This document shows positions 7,991 to 16,038 of a stretch of DNA of 48,322 nt, piece by piece (position 1 is the first letter of the stretch; each line of letters begins with the position of its first letter). Both the position numbers and the translations under genes were made by a program. The stretch covers positions 69,332-117,653 of the forward strand of contig CAIKHN010000024.1 in assembly GCA_903827265.1 (NCBI GenBank). Direction: 5' to 3'. The notes under the pieces were generated by a model. The model was not told where the DNA came from. It ran no database searches and was given only the letters and a program-made list of their open reading frames with translations. The stretch is from Candidatus Uhrbacteria bacterium (GTDB taxonomy: Bacteria; Patescibacteriota; Patescibacteriia; UBA9934).

Positions 7991-8490
7991 AAAACAGCGT
8001 AATGAAGAAGAATGGTCTGATCGTTCAGCATCCGAGTTTCTACCAGCTTGAGGTTTACTCGATCGAAATCCTGCGCAAGCGGCACGCCTTTTCCAAACAG
8101 GACCGGCTCAATTGTTAAGAAAAGATCCGTGATAAGACCGGCAGAAAGAAACTGGCCGTACACTCCAGAACCGCCACCAACAACAATTGTTGTATGTCCA
8201 TCAGCTTCGAGATTGCGCACAATCGATCCCGGCGATTCTGACGTATATTCTACGCCGTCCATCCCCTCCTGTTTTTCCGGGTCACACGTCATCACGATCA
8301 ATCGTCGATCCTTCAGCGGCTTACCAATTGTCGCGAACGTCTTTCTTCCCATAATCACCACTCCAGCCTCCTTTGTTTTTTCAACAAAAAATCGCAAATC
8401 TTCTTTACTCGTCCAATCCAACGAGGATTGATCCACCTTTTCCGCTATTTTCCCATCCGCGCTCATGGCGGCGATCAACCAAACGTTCAT
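7987..8490 (-). CDS. folA: dihydrofolate reductase (FolA / RibD_C-like)
   Basis: LIAAMSADGKIA ... VIMGRKTFATIGKPLKDRRLIVMT ... VVGGGSGVY. A 4-nt overlap with the thyA start suggests translational coupling. Confidence 0.75.
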   Translation of the reverse strand: MNVWLIAAMSADGKIAEKVDQSSLDWTSKEDLRFFVEKTKEAGVVIMGRKTFATIGKPLKDRRLIVMTCDPEKQEGMDGVEYTSESPGSIVRNLEADGHTTIVVGGGSGVYGQFLSAGLITDLFLTIEPVLFGKGVPLAQDFDRVNLKLVETRMLNDQTILLHYAVL

Positions 8491-8549
8491 AGTTGCACTG
8501 ATGGTAGCAAGGCTTCCACATGCCGACCAACGAATTCTGTGGATAGAAA

Positions 8550-8587
8550 ATCACGCGGCCAAGCATGGCGACCGCGTGATACGCTTC
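8550..8587 (-). promoter_or_regulatory. terminator-like hairpin in the 5' leader of folA-thyA
   Basis: Minus strand reads AUCACGCGG-13 nt-CCGCGUGAU followed by UUUCUAU. It lies about 3 nt after the predicted TSS of promoter TTGACC-16-TACAGT (8617-8590) and about 60 nt before the folA ATG. Confidence 0.45.
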
Positions 8588-8696
8588 GCACTGTACACGG
8601 AAAAAATTGAGGGTCAATAAAATGATGTGGATAAGGAATTCGGGGGTGGATAAATGTTCGATAATCTTCACGATATCAAGTACAGTCGGAGCGATT

Positions 8697-9122
8697 ATGG
8701 AAATCGCAATTCGACGACTATCGCCAAACGTTCCGCTTCCAGAATACAAAACACCCGGAGCATGCGCATTCGATCTTGCAGTAATTGAAGGAAAAACACT
8801 TGCACCAAATGAACGCGCTTTCTTTGGGACAGGCCTTGTAGTAAATGTCCCAAACGATCACGTGCTCCTGCTCCTCCCCCGTTCCAGCAACGGAAAGAAA
8901 GGCATTCGCCTCGCAAACGGCACTGGCGTGATCGACTCTGACTACTGCGGACCGAACGACGAACTAAAACTCATGCTGCACAATATTGGAGACGAACCAT
9001 ACATCGTAGAGATCGGTGAGCGTATTGCTCAGGGCATGTTCGTCCCTATTACTCGAGCGCAATTTATTGAACCAACAGATTGGTCGGCTGTAGACCGTGG
9101 CGGATTCGGAACAACGGGATAA
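8697..9122 (+). CDS. dut: dUTP diphosphatase (dUTPase)
   Basis: GACAFDL, PRSS, GVIDSDYCG, and a C-terminal RGGFGTTG. Confidence 0.9.
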   Translation: MEIAIRRLSPNVPLPEYKTPGACAFDLAVIEGKTLAPNERAFFGTGLVVNVPNDHVLLLLPRSSNGKKGIRLANGTGVIDSDYCGPNDELKLMLHNIGDEPYIVEIGERIAQGMFVPITRAQFIEPTDWSAVDRGGFGTTG

Positions 9123-9157
9123 TCCTGATATACTAGGCGTAACTTTACCTTTCTCTT

Positions 9158-10045
9158 ATGGCGAACGTTATTACGCTCGGATCTCTCATCGATCGCACCG
9201 TCGAACATTACCGATCGCACTTTAAAGAACTTATCGGCATCAGCCTCTGGCTCGTTGTCGCATCGATGCCATTCTTGTTCTCTGGATATTTAGCACCATT
9301 CGGCGTCGATCAATACACGCCGACGAGTGAAATCGTCGCCTATATTGCCGCAAGTGTCACCGGACTCATTGCAACAACACTCGCGAGCCTTTGGATTGGC
9401 GTCTGTCTTATTCTCACTATCGATGCTCGCGCAAACAACAAAACGCCAGACCACGTTGCGCTCGGAAAACGATCATGGAAATTCTTAGCATCCTTCTTTG
9501 TTCTTTCGACATGCATCGCTGCCGGCCTTAGCATTCTCTCTGCGCTGTTCCTTGTTCCGGGAATTCTCATCATGATGCTGAATACCGCAACCGGAACACT
9601 AGGAATGGTACTTGGAATTCTTGGCGTCATCCTCATGTTTGCCGGAACTGTGGGTGCGATGTACACGCTTATTCGCTACAGCGTCGAACTTTCTTTTGCG
9701 CAGTATCATCTTGTTCTTGAAAGCTCCACCACGAAGCTCTCATTCAAAACACTCATCGCGGCAGCAAAAGCATCACGCGAATCCGTGAAAGGCCGCTGGT
9801 GGTCTGTTGCTATTCGCCTATTCGTTCCAAACGCAATCATCTCTCTCATTGTGGTTGGATTCACCATGACGACTAATCTTGCAACGACTGTTCTCATTTC
9901 ATTTGCCGCAGCGTCCCTGTCGCCTCTCGCAATCACACTCATTTCCGTCGCATTAACACTGAGCGTTTTCATTGTAAATGCAATTGTCATGCCGCTCTAC
10001 AGTCTGACGACCTACTATCTCTATGACAGCGTCAGCAAACGATAA
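9158..10045 (+). CDS. polytopic membrane protein, unknown function
   Basis: At least 6 hydrophobic segments. No catalytic motif recognised. Confidence 0.6.
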   Translation: MANVITLGSLIDRTVEHYRSHFKELIGISLWLVVASMPFLFSGYLAPFGVDQYTPTSEIVAYIAASVTGLIATTLASLWIGVCLILTIDARANNKTPDHVALGKRSWKFLASFFVLSTCIAAGLSILSALFLVPGILIMMLNTATGTLGMVLGILGVILMFAGTVGAMYTLIRYSVELSFAQYHLVLESSTTKLSFKTLIAAAKASRESVKGRWWSVAIRLFVPNAIISLIVVGFTMTTNLATTVLISFAAASLSPLAITLISVALTLSVFIVNAIVMPLYSLTTYYLYDSVSKR

Positions 10046-10772
10046 CGCCCCAACGCTTCCAAGCGTATTTGATGTTCTCCTTTACAGCATTACCCTCACA
10101 AAACGCTACGCTGCGGACGTCTATGGATTCACCGCGTATCTCCTCTTCCCACTCATCCTCTATTTTGGTATTCAAGGCGTTCCGGGAAGCCTAGGAAAAG
10201 CAACGATCGCTGTCGTATACGCGGTATTCATTGGAGTTGCGTGCTGGGTTGCTGCCGCAGTCAGTACGCTTGTGAGCTTAAAATCTGCGCACCCAAAAAA
10301 CGATCACGACCCGCGCAGTATCGGCACTCATGCAACAAACGTCCTCACCCCACTTGTTCTTGCAACATTCCTCTACTGGATTCTTCAGGCCGCTGGATAT
10401 TTCCTATTTATCATTCCCGGAATTCTCGCAACGATCATCTTCACTTTTGCCTTTGAAGAAGTCGTTCTTCGAGGCCGGGGACCGATCACGGCGCTTGCGG
10501 AATCGCGCACGCACGTAAAACACCAGATTCTTGCCGTTGGACAGCGCCTTTTCGGTGTTGGTCTCGCGTATTTTCTCGTCTACGCCGCTCTCAGCATGGG
10601 AGCCATCGCCCTTGGAGCAGCGCTCCTGCATACAAGCGTCGGCGGCCTTCTTATTGATCGCCTGCCACTTTGGCTCGACGCAGCTATTTCGCTTATTCAA
10701 ATCGCCCTTGTACCCCCAATCGTTATTGCGCACACCGTACTTTACCTCTCAACTGCTCCTACAGTAGACTAG
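10023..10772 (+). CDS. polytopic membrane protein, unknown function
   Basis: At least 5 hydrophobic segments. It overlaps the upstream membrane gene by 23 nt. Confidence 0.55.
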   Translation: MTASANDNAPTLPSVFDVLLYSITLTKRYAADVYGFTAYLLFPLILYFGIQGVPGSLGKATIAVVYAVFIGVACWVAAAVSTLVSLKSAHPKNDHDPRSIGTHATNVLTPLVLATFLYWILQAAGYFLFIIPGILATIIFTFAFEEVVLRGRGPITALAESRTHVKHQILAVGQRLFGVGLAYFLVYAALSMGAIALGAALLHTSVGGLLIDRLPLWLDAAISLIQIALVPPIVIAHTVLYLSTAPTVD

Positions 10773-10778
10773 TCCGAT

Positions 10779-12257
10779 ATGCGACTCCAACCTGTTATCG
10801 GCCTTGAAACCCACATCGAGCTCAGCACGAAAACCAAGATGTTTTGCGGTTGTAACGCTCATGACGAAGGCGCCTTGCCGAATACTCACGTCTGTCCAAT
10901 TTGTACCGGCCACCCAGGAACACTTCCCGTTCCAAACGCCGGAGCACTTCGCTACGCCGTCCTCCTCGGTCTTGCACTCAATGGAACCATTACCGAACAC
11001 TCAAAGTTTGACCGGAAGCATTATTTCTACCCCGATCTTCCAAAGGCGTATCAAATTTCACAATTCGATCTTCCCGTCATGCAGAACGGTGAACTTGTTA
11101 TAGATGTCCCAAATGAAGGCGCGGTTCGCATCGGCATTGAACGCATGCATCTTGAGGAAGATTCCGCAAAAAACATTCACGGCGATGACGGAAAAACATA
11201 CGTCGATTTTAATCGTGCAAGCGTTCCGCTGTGTGAAATTGTTACAAAACCAGACTTCCGCAATTCAGCGCAGGCAAAAGCGTACGTTCAGGAACTGCGC
11301 CTTCTTGTGCGAACGCTTGGTATTTCTGAAGGCGATCTCGAACGTGGACACTTGCGATGCGATGTGAACGTCTCCCTTCGAGAAGTCGACGAACATGGTG
11401 CACCAACCGGTCCGCTCAACCCAAAGACGGAGATTAAAAACATCAATTCCTTCCGCGCGATTGAACGATCAATCGACTACGAAATTGCTCGACAGACCGC
11501 ACTATGGGAAGCAGGAACACCGCCAATGATTACCACAACTCGAGGATGGAACGACACAACGCAAACAACAGATCTTCAGCGAACCAAAGAAGACTCTGCT
11601 GATTACCGCTACTTCCCAGAACCAGATATTCCGCCATTGGATTTGCGTGAATTTGTTCGTGAAATCACAGAAAATATTCCAGAACTTCCTCGCGCAAAAC
11701 GGGAACGTTTTGTGAATGACTACGGTTTTAAGCCTGAGATTTCCAAACAAATCATCGACGACTCTGCGCTCGCAGATTTCATCGAAGGAACGATGAGCGA
11801 ACTCCGATTAAAGCTCCAGTCTTCGCCACTATTGGCCGCCGATCTCGCCAAGCTCGTCAGCGGCTGGACACTCACGAAATTCGCAAGCGTCCTTGCAAAC
11901 GAAGGGAAAACTATCCTCAGCGCAACAATGACGCCAGAGCGCTTTGCGGAATTCCTCGCGTGCCTCGCGCAAGGAAAACTTACCGCGCAAAAAGGACTCG
12001 AAGTTCTCACTGCAATGGAGCGCGACAATCTTGAACTCTCAGAAGCAATGAACGCCGTCGGCGCGTCATCGATCGACGATTCATCCGTCATCGATTCAAT
12101 CGTCGCCGACGTCATGGAAAAGAATGCAGGCGAAGTGGCGCGCTACAAGAATGGCGAAACAAAACTCTTCGCGTTTCTTCTTGGCCAAGTCATGAAAGCC
12201 GCAAAAGGAAACGCCGATCCTGCAACCGCAACAGAAGCACTAAAAAAAGCGCTATAA
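10779..12257 (+). CDS. gatB: Asp-tRNA(Asn)/Glu-tRNA(Gln) amidotransferase subunit B
   Basis: IGLETHIELSTKTKMFCGC, YFYPDLPKAYQISQ, LRCDVNVS, YRYFPEPD, and a C-terminal YqeY-like tail. Confidence 0.95.
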   Translation: MRLQPVIGLETHIELSTKTKMFCGCNAHDEGALPNTHVCPICTGHPGTLPVPNAGALRYAVLLGLALNGTITEHSKFDRKHYFYPDLPKAYQISQFDLPVMQNGELVIDVPNEGAVRIGIERMHLEEDSAKNIHGDDGKTYVDFNRASVPLCEIVTKPDFRNSAQAKAYVQELRLLVRTLGISEGDLERGHLRCDVNVSLREVDEHGAPTGPLNPKTEIKNINSFRAIERSIDYEIARQTALWEAGTPPMITTTRGWNDTTQTTDLQRTKEDSADYRYFPEPDIPPLDLREFVREITENIPELPRAKRERFVNDYGFKPEISKQIIDDSALADFIEGTMSELRLKLQSSPLLAADLAKLVSGWTLTKFASVLANEGKTILSATMTPERFAEFLACLAQGKLTAQKGLEVLTAMERDNLELSEAMNAVGASSIDDSSVIDSIVADVMEKNAGEVARYKNGETKLFAFLLGQVMKAAKGNADPATATEALKKAL

Positions 12258-12971
12258 TCCGCGTTCTGCGTTGATCATTCTCGCCATATCGTGATCGATA
12301 GCTTTCATCTCTTTCACGATTTCTTGTTTTCGCCCAAACTGCCAGAATTTCAGTGTTTCAAGCTCAAATGCAAGCTCCTCCCGACGGGCACGAAGCTTTT
12401 CTTTTGGCGTCGCAACCGCGCGCTCGACTCTCTCTTCCTGAGACATCGCCGCAGAAAGCACTGAGCCAATCTTCTCTTGCGCTGCACGAATTCGTCCGGC
12501 ACGAGAACCAGAACGCGCCGCGTTTGGAAGCATGGATTCAATTTGCGATTCAACGCGATCGCGCTGTATTCGAGCTTCCTCAATCTCACGATCAAGCGTC
12601 GCGAGCCGCTCACGCCCCGCCTTTGAGAGTCGCGCAACAAATCCATCTGCGTTCTTTCGCGTAAGGCGAAGTTCTCGTAATTGCGCATTCAACGCGTCGC
12701 GCATCGCCGTAAGAACAGCGGGCTGTTCGGAAAGCGATTCCGTTCTGCTTGGCCTATTTTGCGTAAGACGACCACGGATCTCTTGAGCCTTGACTCGATC
12801 TTTTGCACGAAACGTTGTTTCACCAGACTGCCCTCTGATCTCATTCGGTGGCAACATTGGCGCGCCAACAATGTCGTCAGCAGATTCGACGACGCTTTCT
12901 GGAATATTCGGCAACTCAATTCGAGGCATCTTCTCCGCATCGTGCATCCCTTCCATGCGTCCATCGACCAT
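12252..12971 (-). CDS. hypothetical charged/coiled-coil protein
   Basis: Arg/Glu-rich helical sequence with no motif recognised. It lies 11 nt downstream of miaA on the same strand. Confidence 0.5.
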   Translation of the reverse strand: MVDGRMEGMHDAEKMPRIELPNIPESVVESADDIVGAPMLPPNEIRGQSGETTFRAKDRVKAQEIRGRLTQNRPSRTESLSEQPAVLTAMRDALNAQLRELRLTRKNADGFVARLSKAGRERLATLDREIEEARIQRDRVESQIESMLPNAARSGSRAGRIRAAQEKIGSVLSAAMSQEERVERAVATPKEKLRARREELAFELETLKFWQFGRKQEIVKEMKAIDHDMARMINAERGL

Positions 12972-12982
12972 ACACTTAAGCG

Positions 12983-14002
12983 TTAGCGCTTAAGGAAATT
13001 GTCCGCTAATTTACGAGCCTCGTCGACGCCAGTTACCCACAGAACCCGCGAATCCCTTTGAAACCACGTCTCTTGGCGCTTTGCGTAATGGTGGCTGTCG
13101 TATTTTATGCGCAATACCGCATCACGGAGCTGTTCTTTCTTTTGGAAAAAATCGACAATCTGTCGGTAGCCGATTCCCGTCATTCCCGGACAATCATCGC
13201 CATACTCGTCACGAAGCTTACGAACTTCATCGACAAGTCCTTTGCCGATCATTTCATCAACGCGCAGATCGATGTCGGCGTACAGCTGTTCGCGAGGCTT
13301 GGTGACGCCGATCTGAAGCGCATCGTACATCGGTTCACCGAATTCCTGGCGGTCCGCCAATGTTTTTCCTGTTGTTCGAAGAATCTCAAGCGCACGAATG
13401 AGTCGTCGACGGTTCCGATCATCAATTGTTGACGCAGTGTCAGGATCACGTGACGCAATCTCTTCAAGAAGCTCATTGTCCGTCATCAATTCAAGTTCCA
13501 ATCGGAGCGCAGCGTCAGGCGCGGTATTTGCGTAGTTTGGGCGATCGATGATGGCGCGAATATATAAGCCCGTTCCACCAACGAGGATAGGAACATGACC
13601 ACGGTCAAGGATCTCGGCAATTTTCTTGTCGGCATACTCCTGAAACTGCGAAACCGTGAAAACCTCGCTCGGATCGACGAGGTCGATTCCCCAATGAGGA
13701 ATGCCCTGAACCATGTGAGGGCGATCGGCGAAAAGCGCGTTGATTCCCGATTCGGGTTCGAGACGACCCAGCGAGTCGTCTCTACGATCGGATTCGGGCT
13801 TTGCCGTCCCGATATTCATGTGTCTGTACACCGTTCGGCTATCGGCAGCGATAATTTCTCCGCCAACGTGTTTTGCGAGCACAATGCCAATATTCGTTTT
13901 CCCCGAACACGTCGGACCGACAACGGCGATGATTTTTGGAAGATTTCCGTCCATATTTTCCAATCCTATCACCTTTTTTTGAACCAATCTATTCCCCGTC
14001 AT
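12983..14002 (-). CDS. miaA: tRNA dimethylallyltransferase
   Basis: P-loop VVGPTCSGKT, then TAKP, GGTGLY. The start could alternatively be the ATG at 13954. Confidence 0.9.
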   Translation of the reverse strand: MTGNRLVQKKVIGLENMDGNLPKIIAVVGPTCSGKTNIGIVLAKHVGGEIIAADSRTVYRHMNIGTAKPESDRRDDSLGRLEPESGINALFADRPHMVQGIPHWGIDLVDPSEVFTVSQFQEYADKKIAEILDRGHVPILVGGTGLYIRAIIDRPNYANTAPDAALRLELELMTDNELLEEIASRDPDTASTIDDRNRRRLIRALEILRTTGKTLADRQEFGEPMYDALQIGVTKPREQLYADIDLRVDEMIGKGLVDEVRKLRDEYGDDCPGMTGIGYRQIVDFFQKKEQLRDAVLRIKYDSHHYAKRQETWFQRDSRVLWVTGVDEARKLADNFLKR

Positions 14003-14046
14003 CTCCTGAGATCATGGTATTATGCGTCTATATTTTGCCAGCTTTT

Positions 14047-15630
14047 ATGAATATGAAACTCGAAGTGTTCCCTGCGGGAGCAAAGATTCCATCAAGAGAA
14101 GCACTGGAGGAGCGCAGCCATAAAGAAGCGCTTGTCGAAACAGCGACAGAGAATACTGCTCAGCGCGGCATTGAAATTGTCGATCAAAAACTCAAGACCG
14201 AAGAAGCCGGGATTGCGGCGCGTGATGCGAATATTACGAAACGAATTCAGTCGCTCCTCGTCGATACCGCCAAGGCAACGCCGAGCTTTGCGGCGTCGAT
14301 GTTCAACGGATATATTGGAGAAACGTTCAGAAGTCTCACAAACTTTCGCGCAGGAGAAACCGAGCTTGAGCGCGAGGAGCGTCTGCACGCAAAAGCACAG
14401 CAACCGTCATTAAAAGAAAAAATCACGCAATGGAGCGAGAATCGGAAACGCGAGGCGGAACAGACTGCAGAGGACAAACGAAAGCTTGCGGAAGACATGG
14501 AACGCGATCGTCAAGCATTTGGAATATCCCTTGCAAAGGATTTTGCTCGACGACACGGAAAAACATACACACCAGAGCAAGAAGAACGTGTCGGGAAAAA
14601 ACTTCTTGAGCAAAAAGAAATCGCCGAGCTCGCCGAGCTCAAGGCGAATGCAGAGCCTGGAGACGCTGTTGCGGTCTTGAAGGGAACGCTTAAAGGTCTT
14701 CGTGCATTCTCAAAATACTTTACCGTGGAATTTGCAGAATCGAATACCGCGATCGATCGCGCGCTCCGCACAGAAAAAGAACAACGAGAGTTCGAGGAAG
14801 CAGAGGATATTCGCTCAGGAAAAGTTCGCGATGACAACGGAGAAAAAATCCGAGGACTTCCCCGAGAAATGGGAGGCACTGTTCACGCACTTGAAGACGC
14901 CCTTGGCGGAAAAGGTATCGGAAAAATGCTCGCAAACGTCGGCGCGATCGACGTGAATCCATTCAAGAAAGAAACCGATTACTACGCGCAAGGCGCCGAA
15001 GATTTCGTTCCAGAAACACCAGAGGCTTCCCTGCTTCGACAGCTGCTTCCAACTGTGTTCTTTATTAAGGATTCAGTCACTATTCGGAATATCGAAATTC
15101 AAATCGAGGCAGCAGAAAAAGCACAACAGGCAAAACAACGAATTGCGCGCGCTTGGGACACATTCACCGGAACCCTCAATACCGTTCGCGAGAGCGCAAT
15201 GCTCGCGGCTAATCTTCATGAAGATTCCTCTGTTCGTGACTCGCTTCGCTCGGCGCTTCGCGCAAAAGAAGAAGTTCTACACATTCGCCCAGAAGCACGA
15301 AAAGAATCGACGCCCCTCAACGTGCTCACGGAAACATTACGCTCGAAAGGCGAAATACGTCAGCAGCTCAATCTCCGGGGCGCAGGCGGATATGACTTTG
15401 TTGTTCAGAAAGACGCTGACGGAAAGTTTGCAATTGGACTCATGAGTTCAGGAACCACGTCTACTCTCGAAACAGTCATCGGATCCTCTGCCGATGACGC
15501 CGCAGCAATCTTCCTGAATCTTAAAAACGATTTCGCGCGAAGCGGCGAGGCGCTCACACGAAGCGAAGCACTTCGCCGCATCGCGAACGCCGTTAAGGAA
15601 CAACGGCCGCAGGAATCGCTCGCCGCGTAA
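14047..15630 (+). CDS. hypothetical large charged protein (527 aa)
   Basis: Lys/Glu/Arg-rich, predicted helical, no motif recognised. ATG at 14047 follows a divergent AT-rich promoter region. Confidence 0.55.
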   Translation: MNMKLEVFPAGAKIPSREALEERSHKEALVETATENTAQRGIEIVDQKLKTEEAGIAARDANITKRIQSLLVDTAKATPSFAASMFNGYIGETFRSLTNFRAGETELEREERLHAKAQQPSLKEKITQWSENRKREAEQTAEDKRKLAEDMERDRQAFGISLAKDFARRHGKTYTPEQEERVGKKLLEQKEIAELAELKANAEPGDAVAVLKGTLKGLRAFSKYFTVEFAESNTAIDRALRTEKEQREFEEAEDIRSGKVRDDNGEKIRGLPREMGGTVHALEDALGGKGIGKMLANVGAIDVNPFKKETDYYAQGAEDFVPETPEASLLRQLLPTVFFIKDSVTIRNIEIQIEAAEKAQQAKQRIARAWDTFTGTLNTVRESAMLAANLHEDSSVRDSLRSALRAKEEVLHIRPEARKESTPLNVLTETLRSKGEIRQQLNLRGAGGYDFVVQKDADGKFAIGLMSSGTTSTLETVIGSSADDAAAIFLNLKNDFARSGEALTRSEALRRIANAVKEQRPQESLAA

Positions 15631-15638
15631 ATTTCTCT

Positions 15639-15992
15639 ATGTCTCTCCAAACCATCGTGACCAACGCACCACTTGCAGAAGACGTTCGGGCATACCTCCT
15701 TGAGAGAATCGAGAAAGAAGGCGCGACGGCGGATGTTCTTGCAACAGTGAAAGAAGCACTTCAGGCGTACATCGATGCAGGGTTTAAATCAGAAGGAATC
15801 GAAGTGAACGCAAAAGATCCTGTTGTTGTGACGGCGCAACAAGCGTTTGCTGAAGAAGTCGCGGAAGCAACAGCAGAGTTTACCGAAGAAACTGAAAATC
15901 TCGCGATTGATGCAGCCGTTGAACAAGCAAAGGCAAATAAAGCACTCGACAGACTTCAGGCAAACACAGTACGAGCACAAATGGCCACATAA
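15639..15992 (+). CDS. hypothetical acidic helical protein (117 aa)
   Basis: Ala/Glu-rich. It starts 8 nt after the preceding gene. Confidence 0.5.
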   Translation: MSLQTIVTNAPLAEDVRAYLLERIEKEGATADVLATVKEALQAYIDAGFKSEGIEVNAKDPVVVTAQQAFAEEVAEATAEFTEETENLAIDAAVEQAKANKALDRLQANTVRAQMAT

Positions 15993-15996
15993 ATAC

Positions 15997-16032
15997 AAAA
16001 CACACGGCGCCAATTCGGCGCCGTGTGTTTTG
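15997..16032. terminator. bidirectional intrinsic terminator
   Basis: AAAACACACGGCGCC-aattc-GGCGCCGTGTGTTTT lies between convergent genes. Confidence 0.85.
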
Positions 16033-16038
16033 TATTAC

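Noticed and set aside
12975-12994. 20-nt palindrome CTTAAGCG-ttag-CGCTTAAG spanning the miaA stop codon.
   Set aside because: It is short and AT/GC-balanced with no repeat elsewhere. It is likely incidental or a minor RNA hairpin between co-transcribed genes.
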